Positions 20,318 through 31,700 of a stretch of 64,000 nucleotides of DNA are shown in pieces (positions within the stretch are counted from its first letter, which is position 1; each line of letters starts with the position of its first letter). Below the pieces are notes generated by a model. That model saw nothing but the letters and a program-made list of their open reading frames with translations. It ran no database searches and was not told the origin of the DNA. Location of the stretch: positions 1 through 64,000 of the IMG/VR virus record IMGVR_UViG_3300033485_000002, one strand, 5' to 3'. Source of the DNA: a virus. The position numbers were made by a program, and so were the translations under genes.

Positions 20318-22773
20318 TGCCGATACCGACTCCTCCGACTGCCCCACCGGTTGAGGCGCATAACCGGGTCTTCATCATTGAACCCATTTTCGTGGGTCAA
20401 TCGAAGATCTTCATCTATGCGCCGACAGCAAGTGCAGGGAAAATTATGGTTATCCCCGTGTCCGATATTTCTCGGGCACAGGGGAACATTATTGTCGAGT
20501 CAATCACACAGACCTATTTCCGTGACAATATCAAGACGTTCATCCCTTATGAATTTTGGAAGATGGATGCACGGACTATCGAAGAGGGTGGGGGCGAAGG
20601 AGCTTTAGCAGCTTACACGGAAGTCTTCGCTATCACGCTTGACGAAATCAAGCAAGCTATCGACGAATTCCCCCTGTTATTTGATATTGATCATTGTCCA
20701 CCTAACTACTTACGAGTTATCGCGGAGCTGTTGAACTACCCCTTGGAAGATACAGACACTACAGCTAAACAGCGAAAGCAGCTTAAGTCTGCTATCCAGT
20801 GGTATCAGTCAAAGGGTAGCCAACGGGCATTCGTGGCAATCTTGTATGCTTTCGGGTTCTATGCCAAGGTCATTCCACTGTGGACGGAAGACTATGAAAT
20901 TTTCACCGATACGATCCCTGGTGTCGCAAAAGGCAATGACCCCCCTAACGATTTTCCTCTGCTGATTGAAAACGGGGGGACGTGGTATCGCTCACCCCAC
21001 TTTGGTATCCGACTTGTTGGCATCGTCAATGACCAACACGTTTTTGTAGAGTGGGGGAATGCTACTCAGCAGCAGATAGATGCTTTTGAGGCCATAGCAG
21101 CTACGTCTAACGCCCATACAGCGTGGTATCAGATGGTGGATGAACTGAGTGCCGCAGGCGCATTTCTCCGCTATCACTTTTCCGCCGAGGATTTCCGATA
21201 CATTTGGCGTAGGTTGGAGTTTCTGCGCCCTGTGTTCGCGGTGCTTGAGTGGTTGGAATTCCTGTTCGAGATGCAAGAGCAAGTAGACGATGCCGTCGAG
21301 CCAACCTGTATCATGACAGCGAACCCAACCCGAAGCGAAAAAGGTTGGTACCTTGGCTATTGCGACCAGGATGACATCCAATACACGCGGTTAGATGATC
21401 GTTTGCTTGGCCCGGATTATTTGACTCTTACTTCCCCGTTGGGCGGTGGGTTACCCGGTTCTACTCCTGTGGTAGATGAGATTGCTGCGACAATATCAGG
21501 CTCTCCTAGCCATATCAGTGGCACGTTGGACAATGCTTGGATGTGGCCGGGTGTTACGTTTACTGTTACGATTGATACGAATCCGGTAAACGTAACAGAC
21601 GGCATCAATCAGGGGGTGTTCTATTACCTGAATGTCCCTGTCACCCATGAGGTAATTGGGGTAGGGGATGGAGTAGAAACCGATTTCCATACTGTACTTG
21701 CAAACCACCCGATCATGTATGGCAGCCCGGATCGGGTGTGGCTTACTCTTCAGATAATGGAAGGAGGCATTCCGTTATCTGTTGATGAGGATGGTGTTAT
21801 CACAGGTTCTAGTGGTGCCCAAACAATTACGGGAGCCATTATCGAAGACACTGGAGAGTTGTGGTTATCCTTTTCGATACCTCCTTCAGCCGGAGACATC
21901 GAGATCGATTATGAGTACTGGACCTTTGAGGAAGGGGAGATCATTGTCCAGTCGGACGAAACTGATGGTGTTACCGAAACTTTCACAGGTACGCTTGAAC
22001 AATCTCCTTTAACCGAAGGCAGTCTCGACTGGGTGAAGTTCAATATTGGGCCAGGAACCAAAGCCACTCTCATTACAGATGCAGCAGGAGTTATCTCAGG
22101 TGGGGGTGTTACCGGTACCATCAACTACACCACGGGAGCGTGGAGTATCACTTTACCTGCTGCCCCAATTGCAGGGTCAGAGGTAATTCTACAGTACTCG
22201 TTCCCTCGGTATGAGGGTGTGTTACGGGCTGAAGGCATCTTAGGAGTCATTGATTACAGCACTGGGTTCTGGTGGTTGGACTTTGCTACCGGCTATGAAC
22301 CAGATGATGCTACCGATGTTTTAGCCGACTATACCTATACCTCAGAGGTGCCTCCTACCGATCGTTCAGGAGTGTGGCCTCGTGGGTCAACAGAGCTACC
22401 GTTCCCGCATGTGCGTGACCCGCAAGAAGGTTACTGTCACCCACCGGAAGAGTTGGATATCGATTGGTACTGGATTCCCGAGGAGCAGTACACCTTAGCG
22501 TTAACACGAGATGGGATGAACCTTTACCCACCGTCTGGCCCGATTCCTTATATCGATCATGCCGATTTCCCGTCTCGTGGGTTTGACTACAACACCCCAC
22601 TTGAGCCGGGGCACGCTAATACGTTCACCCGTCAATACGGGTACTCTACACGTCCACTTTGCCTACTTCGAGTTGAAGCGAACCCTGCTCCTGAAGAGGA
22701 AAATTGGGAGAACCAATTTACAGAGTGGGAGTCGTGGACTGGATTCTGGGAAACTCACGGCGACGGAACTTAG
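20317..22773 (+). CDS. Baseplate/tail protein I-like (P2 gpI/gp7) with inserted Ig-like modules
   Basis: DID.CPPNYL..IAELL.Y, R..LK.AI.WY..KGS motif; repeated GTI.Y.TG.W modules. Confidence 0.8.
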   Translation: MPIPTPPTAPPVEAHNRVFIIEPIFVGQSKIFIYAPTASAGKIMVIPVSDISRAQGNIIVESITQTYFRDNIKTFIPYEFWKMDARTIEEGGGEGALAAYTEVFAITLDEIKQAIDEFPLLFDIDHCPPNYLRVIAELLNYPLEDTDTTAKQRKQLKSAIQWYQSKGSQRAFVAILYAFGFYAKVIPLWTEDYEIFTDTIPGVAKGNDPPNDFPLLIENGGTWYRSPHFGIRLVGIVNDQHVFVEWGNATQQQIDAFEAIAATSNAHTAWYQMVDELSAAGAFLRYHFSAEDFRYIWRRLEFLRPVFAVLEWLEFLFEMQEQVDDAVEPTCIMTANPTRSEKGWYLGYCDQDDIQYTRLDDRLLGPDYLTLTSPLGGGLPGSTPVVDEIAATISGSPSHISGTLDNAWMWPGVTFTVTIDTNPVNVTDGINQGVFYYLNVPVTHEVIGVGDGVETDFHTVLANHPIMYGSPDRVWLTLQIMEGGIPLSVDEDGVITGSSGAQTITGAIIEDTGELWLSFSIPPSAGDIEIDYEYWTFEEGEIIVQSDETDGVTETFTGTLEQSPLTEGSLDWVKFNIGPGTKATLITDAAGVISGGGVTGTINYTTGAWSITLPAAPIAGSEVILQYSFPRYEGVLRAEGILGVIDYSTGFWWLDFATGYEPDDATDVLADYTYTSEVPPTDRSGVWPRGSTELPFPHVRDPQEGYCHPPEELDIDWYWIPEEQYTLALTRDGMNLYPPSGPIPYIDHADFPSRGFDYNTPLEPGHANTFTRQYGYSTRPLCLLRVEANPAPEEENWENQFTEWESWTGFWETHGDGT

Positions 22774-22782
22774 GAGGCCACT

Positions 22783-24936
22783 ATGGCTATGACTGGACAA
22801 GACCCGAAGGATACCTATCTGGATATCCTGTGGGTTGATAACACGAATCTTGGCATTCCTCCGGCCTCTACGGTCACCGTAAAGAGTGGTGGGGGTAACG
22901 CCTCTCTCTTAGCTTTGAGTCAAGCTGAGATCGAGTTCCTCGGTATCCTGAGTGCCACTGTAGCAAGTGGTGTTGTGCTAGAAACCGGGGTGGGTCTGGT
23001 TGCTGACGCTGTGACTGTGGACAGCGTGCTGGATAAGGGTGACCCAACGGTGGGAGTGTTCTTTACCACTGGAGACCCGGAAGGGGCGTTAACCGCAGGA
23101 ATCGGCTCTTTGGCGTTGCGTGAAGATGGTGGGGCTGGGACTACGGTCTACATCAAAGAGAGTGGAACGGGTAACACAGGATGGAAAGCCTTCAACGTTA
23201 TCGCCAGTTTCACTGATTTAGATGATGCTCCTGGCGCTCTTGTTGCTGACCAGTGGGTAAAAGCTAACGCAGGTGGTACTGCCCTAGAGTTTTCTACGGT
23301 CCCAGCTCCCAGCTTCTTAGACCTCACAGATACTGACCCAACGACATATGCTGGTGCAAGTGGGCAGTATGTTGCGGTTAATGGAACGGTAGACGGGTTG
23401 ACGTTTGCCGATCCTCCTGTTGGTACCTTCATCGCTTTAACTGACACAGACCCGGCTGACTATACCAATGCTGACGGCAATCTTGTTCGGGTGAACTCCA
23501 CCCCAGATGGGCTGGAATTTCTTGATGGCACACAGGGAGATATCCTTTACCACAACGGTACAGCTTGGGTTGCACTTACAGCCGGAACAAGTGGGCACTT
23601 TTTACAAACACAGGGAGTTGCGGCCAACCCAATATGGGTAAATGCTGGTTCTGGAATTACCTTTATAGATTTAGCTGATACAGATCCAACTGATTACACT
23701 GATGATGGTGGCAGTCTTGTTCGGGTAAACTCGACTCCAGATGGGCTGGAATTTCTTGGTGGGGCCGAAGGCGAAATTCTCTATCACACTGGGACCGCTT
23801 GGGCGGCACTAGGTGTCGGCACTAACGGTTATGTGTTGACAACTCATAGCACTGGTGAAGTACCGACGTGGGAAGCACTCCCTGCTGCTGAGCTACCTTC
23901 AGGAGTGCAAGGGGAAATCCTCTACCACTCTGATACTGCATGGGCCGCATTAGGGGTTGGTACTGAGGGGTATGTATTAACTACACATAGCACTGGGCAA
24001 AACCCCACTTGGACGGCAATACCTACTGAACTTCCATCTGGTGTTCAAGGCAATATTCTTTACCACAATGGTTCTGGTTGGGTTGCCTTAGCTCCTGGTA
24101 CGACTGGGTTACAACTCACAAGTTCGGGAGCAGGTGCGAACCCTGTATGGGGGGAGAGTGGTATTCAACATTTTGATACCACAGATGAGGTCAATACTCG
24201 GGAGTCATGGCTCGGAGCAGAGATTTTCGCTAAGATGATTGATTTCGGCACTGGCCCGGATGGTACTTCTACTCCTACTACTAAGAGTGTTGAGTCTGGG
24301 TTAGCCATCAATGGGTTATACACTGTTGTTGACATGCAAGTAACTGCGAATACTCCAGCGGCAGGGTGGCTTGCTAGTACTTATGATGTTGGGGGAAATA
24401 CCGCGTCATTTACTTATAACAAAATTGACCAAAAAATTTATTGTACTGCAAACACTGGAACTGATTTATCGGGCACAAATTACTACGTGTTACTGAAGTA
24501 CATTAAGGAACCGGGGACTTTAGCTGGGTCTGGGCCACACGTGATTGCCACTATTGTAGGTGAAACTTGGGGTGGACTTGACCAGGGAGTTCATATTCTC
24601 TCTCCGGATTTGTACAACTTTGCTTATACTGGGAATTACAACGCACCGGGTGCTCTGTCTTTTACGTGGTCAGTGGCTCCGACTACTGATGCTCTCTTCA
24701 AGTTTAAGGCTACTGCGGATGTTAATCATCGTGAATCATATGGGTTGCTTCAAAATGGGACTGGTACAGGTAATACAGATAAGATAAGCCAGTCGTTTAC
24801 AGGAACAGAGTGGGTAAACCCGTATACCAAAGGTATTGGCCCTGGCAATAATCTCTTTGCGGCATACACTGTGGGAGCATTAACACTGACAATATCCAGA
24901 CTTTCAGACTTCCCGTTGAAGCCTGCACTGGCTTAG
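22783..24936 (+). CDS. Tail fibre protein with repeats
   Basis: Four G.ILYH....W.AL..GT.G..L repeats and four F.DL.D.DP..Y....G..V.VN...DGL.F repeats. Confidence 0.8.
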   Translation: MAMTGQDPKDTYLDILWVDNTNLGIPPASTVTVKSGGGNASLLALSQAEIEFLGILSATVASGVVLETGVGLVADAVTVDSVLDKGDPTVGVFFTTGDPEGALTAGIGSLALREDGGAGTTVYIKESGTGNTGWKAFNVIASFTDLDDAPGALVADQWVKANAGGTALEFSTVPAPSFLDLTDTDPTTYAGASGQYVAVNGTVDGLTFADPPVGTFIALTDTDPADYTNADGNLVRVNSTPDGLEFLDGTQGDILYHNGTAWVALTAGTSGHFLQTQGVAANPIWVNAGSGITFIDLADTDPTDYTDDGGSLVRVNSTPDGLEFLGGAEGEILYHTGTAWAALGVGTNGYVLTTHSTGEVPTWEALPAAELPSGVQGEILYHSDTAWAALGVGTEGYVLTTHSTGQNPTWTAIPTELPSGVQGNILYHNGSGWVALAPGTTGLQLTSSGAGANPVWGESGIQHFDTTDEVNTRESWLGAEIFAKMIDFGTGPDGTSTPTTKSVESGLAINGLYTVVDMQVTANTPAAGWLASTYDVGGNTASFTYNKIDQKIYCTANTGTDLSGTNYYVLLKYIKEPGTLAGSGPHVIATIVGETWGGLDQGVHILSPDLYNFAYTGNYNAPGALSFTWSVAPTTDALFKFKATADVNHRESYGLLQNGTGTGNTDKISQSFTGTEWVNPYTKGIGPGNNLFAAYTVGALTLTISRLSDFPLKPALA

Positions 24937-24943
24937 GTAGTTA

Positions 24944-26095
24944 ATGGGGTTATACGTCGTTTCAGGTTGCCCGCGCTCTGGTACTTCCTTGATGATGGAT
25001 TGTCTTCGCCATGCATTGGGAGAGGAGCGGCTGCTCGGGAAACAGTTTGTCCACGAAGAGCCGTCTGAACCAGAGACTCCCATTGAACGATGGCATCAGT
25101 ATCTTCGGGAGTTAAACCCGCCTACAAAAAACGATGCGTCTGATGATCTTAACCCTAATGGATTCTGGGAGGATGGTCGATTCACGGTTAAGGGATTACG
25201 GTACCGAGCTTCGTTACAGCAACTTCTAAAGGATATTATCCGGGCGGATAAGCCTTACTTTGCGAAAATTGTTTCACAGGGGCTAGGGAAGACTGACCCG
25301 ATGTATATCGATCAGGTCATCTGTATGTTGCGCCATCCTCGGGCTGTCGCGAAATCTCAAGAGCGGCTTTCCCATCAGAAGTTCAGAACAGCAGATGGTA
25401 CGCTCTTCGATATCGATAGCAAGGTCATTCATACCCCAAAGATGTTCATCAACGTCTCTCTGGTAGCAGCCAAGTGGTTACTGGAGAACCCCGAAATTCC
25501 TTATATCATCGTCGAGTATGATGACTTGATCGAGCAGCCTGCTGAAACCTTAGCTCGTGTTCAGGAGTTTCTTGGAGAAGGAGACTTTGAACGGGCAGCG
25601 GCAGTCGTGAACCCGAAGCTGCGTCGTAGCTACCCCCAGGAAGTGGAGAACTCGCTGTGGGGCGAGGCGGAAAAGACCTACGAGCTGTTTAAACAGCAGA
25701 AGCTACAAGAGCTTTTGGACTTCTTTGCCGATCCCAAACGACTTATTCATCGAGAGACACGAGGTTGGACTTGTGTCCGCTTCGGTGGGGGAGTGAATGA
25801 GGCGCAATGTCGAGTCTGTAAAGGCAGCGAGGAGTTTCGCGCCTCCCTTCGCGGGTTCGCGAACGAACACAGTGTTCCTTGGCGAGAACGCCCTTGTGCC
25901 TTCGAAGTCGCTTTTGACTTTGACCATCCATTGATTTCGATCGAGGAGAGCATCCAGAACAATTTCTGGGAGGACCAGCATGAATCTGTTCGACAGCATC
26001 AAAGTTCCAGAGGGCGTACTCGACCTGAGAGCATACGAGGTTCCGTCCGGTCGCCTTATCGCACACGTTACTGGCGAAAATATTGTCGTCAATGA
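24944..26095 (+). CDS. Sulfotransferase-family protein (P-loop)
   Basis: VVSGCPRSGTSLMM (5'-PSB loop), NPNGFWE, MLRHPRAVAKS (3'-PB), VEYDDLIEQP...LARV.EFLG. Confidence 0.85.
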   Translation: MGLYVVSGCPRSGTSLMMDCLRHALGEERLLGKQFVHEEPSEPETPIERWHQYLRELNPPTKNDASDDLNPNGFWEDGRFTVKGLRYRASLQQLLKDIIRADKPYFAKIVSQGLGKTDPMYIDQVICMLRHPRAVAKSQERLSHQKFRTADGTLFDIDSKVIHTPKMFINVSLVAAKWLLENPEIPYIIVEYDDLIEQPAETLARVQEFLGEGDFERAAAVVNPKLRRSYPQEVENSLWGEAEKTYELFKQQKLQELLDFFADPKRLIHRETRGWTCVRFGGGVNEAQCRVCKGSEEFRASLRGFANEHSVPWRERPCAFEVAFDFDHPLISIEESIQNNFWEDQHESVRQHQSSRGRTRPESIRGSVRSPYRTRYWRKYCRQ

Positions 26096-26480
26096 TGGAC
26101 GACAGGCTCTTGCCCGGTTACTCGGGCATGACACCACCCAGACGTGGTACGTGGACACCATGAAGTTCGGTGACGGTGGGCATACTGCAACTGTGCCTCC
26201 GGGGATGGTTGCTGTTGATGTCACTGACACTGACCTCTATGGTGCTATCCACATTTCCAAGGATGTAACTGGTGCAGGGACCACGTTCCCGGCTACTCGG
26301 AAGGTGACGTTCACTGCTACGGTGGAAGCGGCTGAAGGGAATGGAACCGGGGTTCTAGAGTACTCCGAAGCGGGGCTGTACTACAACGCTGGCACCCAGA
26401 TGTTCTCGCACAAGTCGTTTGGGTACATCGTAAAGAACGATACGATTCGGCTAGTGGCCACGTGGACTTTCACTTTCTAA
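25980..26480 (+). CDS. Tail-collar / baseplate-associated protein
   Basis: GGAGG RBS; N.VV..GR..LA.LL, GDGG, EAGLY, F..I.K, W.F.F terminus. Confidence 0.75.
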   Translation: MNLFDSIKVPEGVLDLRAYEVPSGRLIAHVTGENIVVNDGRQALARLLGHDTTQTWYVDTMKFGDGGHTATVPPGMVAVDVTDTDLYGAIHISKDVTGAGTTFPATRKVTFTATVEAAEGNGTGVLEYSEAGLYYNAGTQMFSHKSFGYIVKNDTIRLVATWTFTF

Positions 26481-28793
26481 ATGAAACTGTTCACCCTTAC
26501 TGAAGCGCGGAAGCCCCGCTCGGCATACAAGCAGGAGCTGAAGCAGCAGGTTCTCGGCCCGGTAAAGGGGGAGAAGTGGGATATGGCTTGGCGGGAGAAA
26601 GTCCGTCAAGCTTTCATCGATTTCAAGATCTCCCATAGTTACCAGCGCCGGATCATGGAGCTATTTGAACTACTGGCAAAGCAGAAGGGGGAAGACTACT
26701 TTCAACGGATCAACGTTGTCGTTATCCGGGATCTGGTGAAGGCACTTAACCAGAAGTATGAGTTGGAAGCGGTTGGGCCGAAGAAATCAGGGGCGTCATC
26801 CGCGTATACTCGTGCATTAGGGGTGACTTACCGTCATTCTCCAGCCGCAGAGCTGCAAAAGCACATGGCGGATGTGGATGTTGTTGCGTTGAAGAAGGAA
26901 GAGCTTCCGACGCATGACCACCCCCTTGTCCGTCGCCTCTACAATGCAATCTCCCCGATCAAAGATCGCCACCTTCAAGATCAAGCTGTTGTTTGGGATT
27001 TGGAAGGGCACCCGTTCTATCTATTCACTCGGTTGCATATGACCCATCCCGGTGCAGAAAAACCAGATGCATCGGGGAAACGGTGGTTTGAAGCGATAAT
27101 TCCTCGGGTACTGGATTACCGTGGTGGGCGGAAACTGTCTGAACACGATTTCGAGATGTACACCAAGGACACCGATTGGCGCAAGCAAATGCGCAGCACT
27201 TCGGAAATGGCGGTGCTCCATAAGTTTCAGACCACGAATCTCGATGCCAGCATAGAACGGTTGCAGACTCAAGCTTGGGAGAAGGCACGTCCGTGGTATG
27301 CCGTATGGCACGCTTATTTGGAAGCCAAATTCCAGCGTGACCTTCTCGACAAAGAGTGGTACGAAAAGCACACTAGTGGCTTTCCGGTGGAGAAGCAGAG
27401 ACAGCTTTATGAGCTGAATCAACTTGTTGATAAGTACTATGCTGCCCTAACTGAGGGGGGCAAAGCACCAGAAAGTTACACATGGTATCTGTGGCTGCTG
27501 ATCGCGGAAGATGAGTATGGGATTCGGGTTCCAGAACGACAGGAGATGTATCCGGCGTACCCACGTACTCCGACTGCGGTTAAAGGGTTGGAACCGCATT
27601 GGCCTGTTCGTCCTGCACAAGCTGAGGGTGGAGAGCCACGTTGGGACGGAGAGCTGTTAACCGGGATTGGCTTTGGCCGAAACGAGTGGGAGCGTTTTGT
27701 TAGAGAGCTGAAAGCTTCTCGGTACAAGTTCTACTCCAGTCCTAAAGAGATTCAGCGGCTCATGGTCCCCCTTGTCGGAAAAGTTCGAGAGCGCTTTGGT
27801 GTGCAGCTTCACCCTGCCAATATCACTGAGTACATGGATGTAGCCCGTCAGGCTAAAAAGATTTGGCACAAAACTGGACCTGTGCTTGGCCGGGAAGGGA
27901 ACGTATTAACAGTCCACGAGGGTATGCCTTTCCCCCAGTATCGGTTCCTTGGTGCGGGAGGACGGGAGATTTCCCTTATCCCTGCGCTTGGTTATCTCCA
28001 ATATTTTGATTCGCCGACACATGGTGGGGAACGATTGATCCATGGTCGGTTGGATCTTGAGCCGCCTATTTCGAAGAGTATTCACTATCCAGCAAAGAGT
28101 CGTGCTGGCAAGCCTATCTTAAGAGGGCAAGCCACTACCCGTGACGCCACGGATCTGCACTTTAACCCGGAGCAGGCACGGCAGCGACGGTTACGGATAG
28201 AGATCGCTGCCGCTGAACGGATCATCAACCTTCGAAATAAGCGGTACAAGGAAGAAGTGGCACGGATGGCTCGGATCAATCAGCGGTTGAATGATCCGCA
28301 CTGGCGGGCACCCGGTCCTTCGTCCGCTTCACGGCAGCAGTTTATCCATAGGCAACGCGGCGTGTGGGAGAAGGATCCTGCCAAGGCTGGGCGACGGTTC
28401 ACCATTCGGGATTCAGGGACTACGTATCAACATCCTAAGCATGCGCCTAAAGGTGAAACCACAACTGGGATTCATCCTAAGAAGCTTTATCGTGAGAGGA
28501 AGTTCACGTACCAGATTCGGCGGCAACCTCTCCCGCCTCGGCAGATCGTGCGGCCTGAGTTTAACCCGTCCAGAAGCTATGTCCCACCGCCTTTAGGCTG
28601 GGAGGAGTACTGGAAACAGGATCAAGCAGCGTGGTCGAAGGAAACCAAACAACGTGCTCAGAAAGATCCGAAGTACTTGGCAGAGCTGAAAGCTTTTGCA
28701 CAACAGCAACATGACCAATTAGTAAAAGACTTCCATGACGCTCATCGCAAAGGCTTTATTGTGATGACGGATGAACCGAAGGAGCGGGGGTAA
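26481..28793 (+). CDS. Large basic hypothetical protein, possible internal head protein
   Basis: 770 aa, K/R-rich; N-terminus MKLFTLTE/A resembles T4-type capsid-targeting and protease sites. Confidence 0.6.
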   Translation: MKLFTLTEARKPRSAYKQELKQQVLGPVKGEKWDMAWREKVRQAFIDFKISHSYQRRIMELFELLAKQKGEDYFQRINVVVIRDLVKALNQKYELEAVGPKKSGASSAYTRALGVTYRHSPAAELQKHMADVDVVALKKEELPTHDHPLVRRLYNAISPIKDRHLQDQAVVWDLEGHPFYLFTRLHMTHPGAEKPDASGKRWFEAIIPRVLDYRGGRKLSEHDFEMYTKDTDWRKQMRSTSEMAVLHKFQTTNLDASIERLQTQAWEKARPWYAVWHAYLEAKFQRDLLDKEWYEKHTSGFPVEKQRQLYELNQLVDKYYAALTEGGKAPESYTWYLWLLIAEDEYGIRVPERQEMYPAYPRTPTAVKGLEPHWPVRPAQAEGGEPRWDGELLTGIGFGRNEWERFVRELKASRYKFYSSPKEIQRLMVPLVGKVRERFGVQLHPANITEYMDVARQAKKIWHKTGPVLGREGNVLTVHEGMPFPQYRFLGAGGREISLIPALGYLQYFDSPTHGGERLIHGRLDLEPPISKSIHYPAKSRAGKPILRGQATTRDATDLHFNPEQARQRRLRIEIAAAERIINLRNKRYKEEVARMARINQRLNDPHWRAPGPSSASRQQFIHRQRGVWEKDPAKAGRRFTIRDSGTTYQHPKHAPKGETTTGIHPKKLYRERKFTYQIRRQPLPPRQIVRPEFNPSRSYVPPPLGWEEYWKQDQAAWSKETKQRAQKDPKYLAELKAFAQQQHDQLVKDFHDAHRKGFIVMTDEPKERG

Positions 28794-28796
28794 TAA

Positions 28797-31700
28797 ATGG
28801 CTGACATCTTCAAACCAGTAATCACCTCGATCGGGTATGGGCCAGGAAATGGTCTGGAATTGTTTGTCAGCACCGATATCTATCGGTATGACGTAGACAA
28901 CCGTCCACTGGAGAACCTTGCTGCCAACGATGTTGCGCTCAAGGATGCCATTGATGAGATCGTAGACGAGATCGAGGATGCCTATGACGGTAAACTTTGG
29001 CCAGATGGGACAGACTATACATGGCCTAACTTAGACCCTCGCTTGGACAACATGGATAATGTGTTACAGAACTTTACCGAAGTTCGTAACGTCCAGTACT
29101 CGGCTTTCGTGCAGATGGCTAACTACCTGCGCGAGCGGTACACCAGCGGGTTCATGAACGGTCCTTACCCGGACAAATTTGTTCGCTCCAACTACGCGAT
29201 GGAGAATAACGAGTTCATGCCTGCTCCCTTCGGCGGGATGTACGTGCCCGAACGAGGATGGTCAGTCAAGAATCAGAATGTTCCTGATAAGATTGGGCGA
29301 GATCAGATCGCGATTGAAACTCGTATTGAGCCTGATGGTTCATCCCGAGAGTATGATTCTGGTAAGCACTACGCTTCACGGAAACCGTTATACGCCATCA
29401 TGAATGGTTATGTCGTACCGATTTTCAATGCCCATGGCGGTACGATGACGGAAGATCAAAGTATTGATAACAAATGCACGAGTGGTAACTGGGGACCGAT
29501 TGATATCAACTTCCCGCCAGCTCCCACTACTGGGCATCGGTTTGATTTTGCCTTCTTGGAGATGTGGTTAAAGGAGATTGACCCGGACAACGGGGTGTTC
29601 TACCCCTATGGAGCAGTCGATTGGGGTGGCTGGGATTTCCCGACCTTGGATCAAACGGCTGGTTCGGCAAGCGATTATTCAGGGACAGTTGACAACCGTG
29701 AGATTGTCAAATTTACTGAAAGCAATACTCAACCGGGGTGGCGATGGGGATTCCGGGTCTATGTTCGAGATACTGATTATGACACTAACCCTATCGTCTG
29801 GGCTACTGAAGACCCCGTGACGATGGTCTGTGAGGATAATGGGTCAGGGGCGTTAATTGAAGTTAACAGCTCCGGCTGCACGGGAACAATTGACTATGAA
29901 ACTGGAGAATGGACTCTCCATTTCACTACTCCTCCACCAAATGGCAAATACATCGTTGGTATCTATGCTTGGAACGCAGTTACTAGCGCGAATCACTGGT
30001 CACTTCGTGGGTCATTAACCTTTTTGCCGAATGGGCATTATCTCCAGATTCAGTATCGGATTCGTGTCGTCCCTGGTGTAGATTATGCGTCCTACCCGGA
30101 TTGGTTTAGTGATCCTATTGTGGAAGCTCGGGGGCCGAAAAATACCCCAGTAGCGAACTACACTTTCACTAACATGTTGAATGTCCTGCATGATGGGACA
30201 TTGTGGCGGGCAGGAACTGGTACTTCAGGTTCTGTAACAGATTTAGGTACCTATGACGGGTATATCTATGCTCTGCCTCTGTGCGTGTGGTCTCGCTTTA
30301 ACCAGCAGCCATGGGACTATGATGAGCAGAATGGCGGGCTTAGTGATCGACTTGATGATTGTATCCATTACGCTCCTGATGATCGGCATGTGATCGATCT
30401 TCGCCCGGTCATCTTCTCTGAGCGGTATGGCATGAATGAAGCGGCAGAGAACACCCTGGATAGGATCATCCGGGGCGATCACCGTTCAGTGTTTGGGCAA
30501 GCGGTTGTTGACGCTGCGGATGATGGTACTCCGACCAGTATTAATGTCTGGGGTGTGGAAGTCCCCGAGCTGTGGCGGGTGTATCAGTATTCTGGAATGG
30601 CGATCGACACCAACATCAACACTGTTCGGGACATTGGGTTGGCAACGACTAATGACCCGTTAGAGGGAGATGGTGGTGAATTCACGGCACCTCGGGCACA
30701 CCATGACGGTATCCGGCGTATCTTCTCCCCGCAGGAGGAGGTTCAGGAAGTTCCGATCAGTATCCCTGATGTGTCTTTAAGTCCTGCTAGCCCCTCTCCT
30801 CTTGTTACGTACAACCCCGCTACGGACGTTATTACGTTAAGTACGAATGTCACTACTCTTTCTGGGTATTCATCGACTTCAGGTAAGGGGCTTCTTATCA
30901 ATGATTCTTACCCCCGCCTGTGGTGGCGTGGTTCTCGTCAACCGGTAGTCTATTCGACGCGGTGGTCAGGGTTGGGTACTAACACAGCCACAGCCACTAT
31001 CAAGACTGACGCAGATACGTATGAACCGAATGGTGCTATTGACGGTATTGTCGAGCTGATCTACCCAGAATGCACGGGTATTGGTCGCCCGGTCAAGACT
31101 ATTGATGGTGTTTTAGCTTACGATGGACTCAACAACTACGCGACTGTTATTGTGGGGAATGAAGATGGCTCCCCCGATGACATGGAAATGGTTGAGTGGA
31201 AGATCAATGCTGGGCTTCAACCGGGGATGAATCTTCCTGCCGGTATGTGCTTTAGCCCAGGGCCAAGTCCTACTTCCATATATGTGTGTGACAGTGCCAA
31301 TAACCGAGTGGTTAAACTTAACGCTTCCACTCTTGCCTATCAAGCACAATGGCCGACGTTAGCGAATTACCCGGTACCATCAGACGGAACTTTCGATTTG
31401 AGTGTCCATCTCCGGTACCCAGTAGACGTAGCTTGTGATTCGTCTGGAAATGTCTACGTAGCTGATCGGGACACACATCGAGTCGTTAAGCTGAATTCGA
31501 CATTAACGACGCGGATTAGTGCTTTTGGGAATGGTTTGCCAGCTACTGTCTACAACGATGATGACCAATTACGCTATCCCGAAGGTGTCACAGTAGACAG
31601 CGCGAATAACGTTTATGTGGCTGACACCGAGTTGTTCCGGGTGGTGAAGCTCACTAACTCGTTGACCTATGTGAGCCAAATCGGCAACGGGTATAGTGGC

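Noticed and set aside
1-26480. Bacterial eCIS, tailocin or T6SS locus
   Set aside because: The contiguous lysis, replication and early modules and the absence of host genes indicate a phage genome
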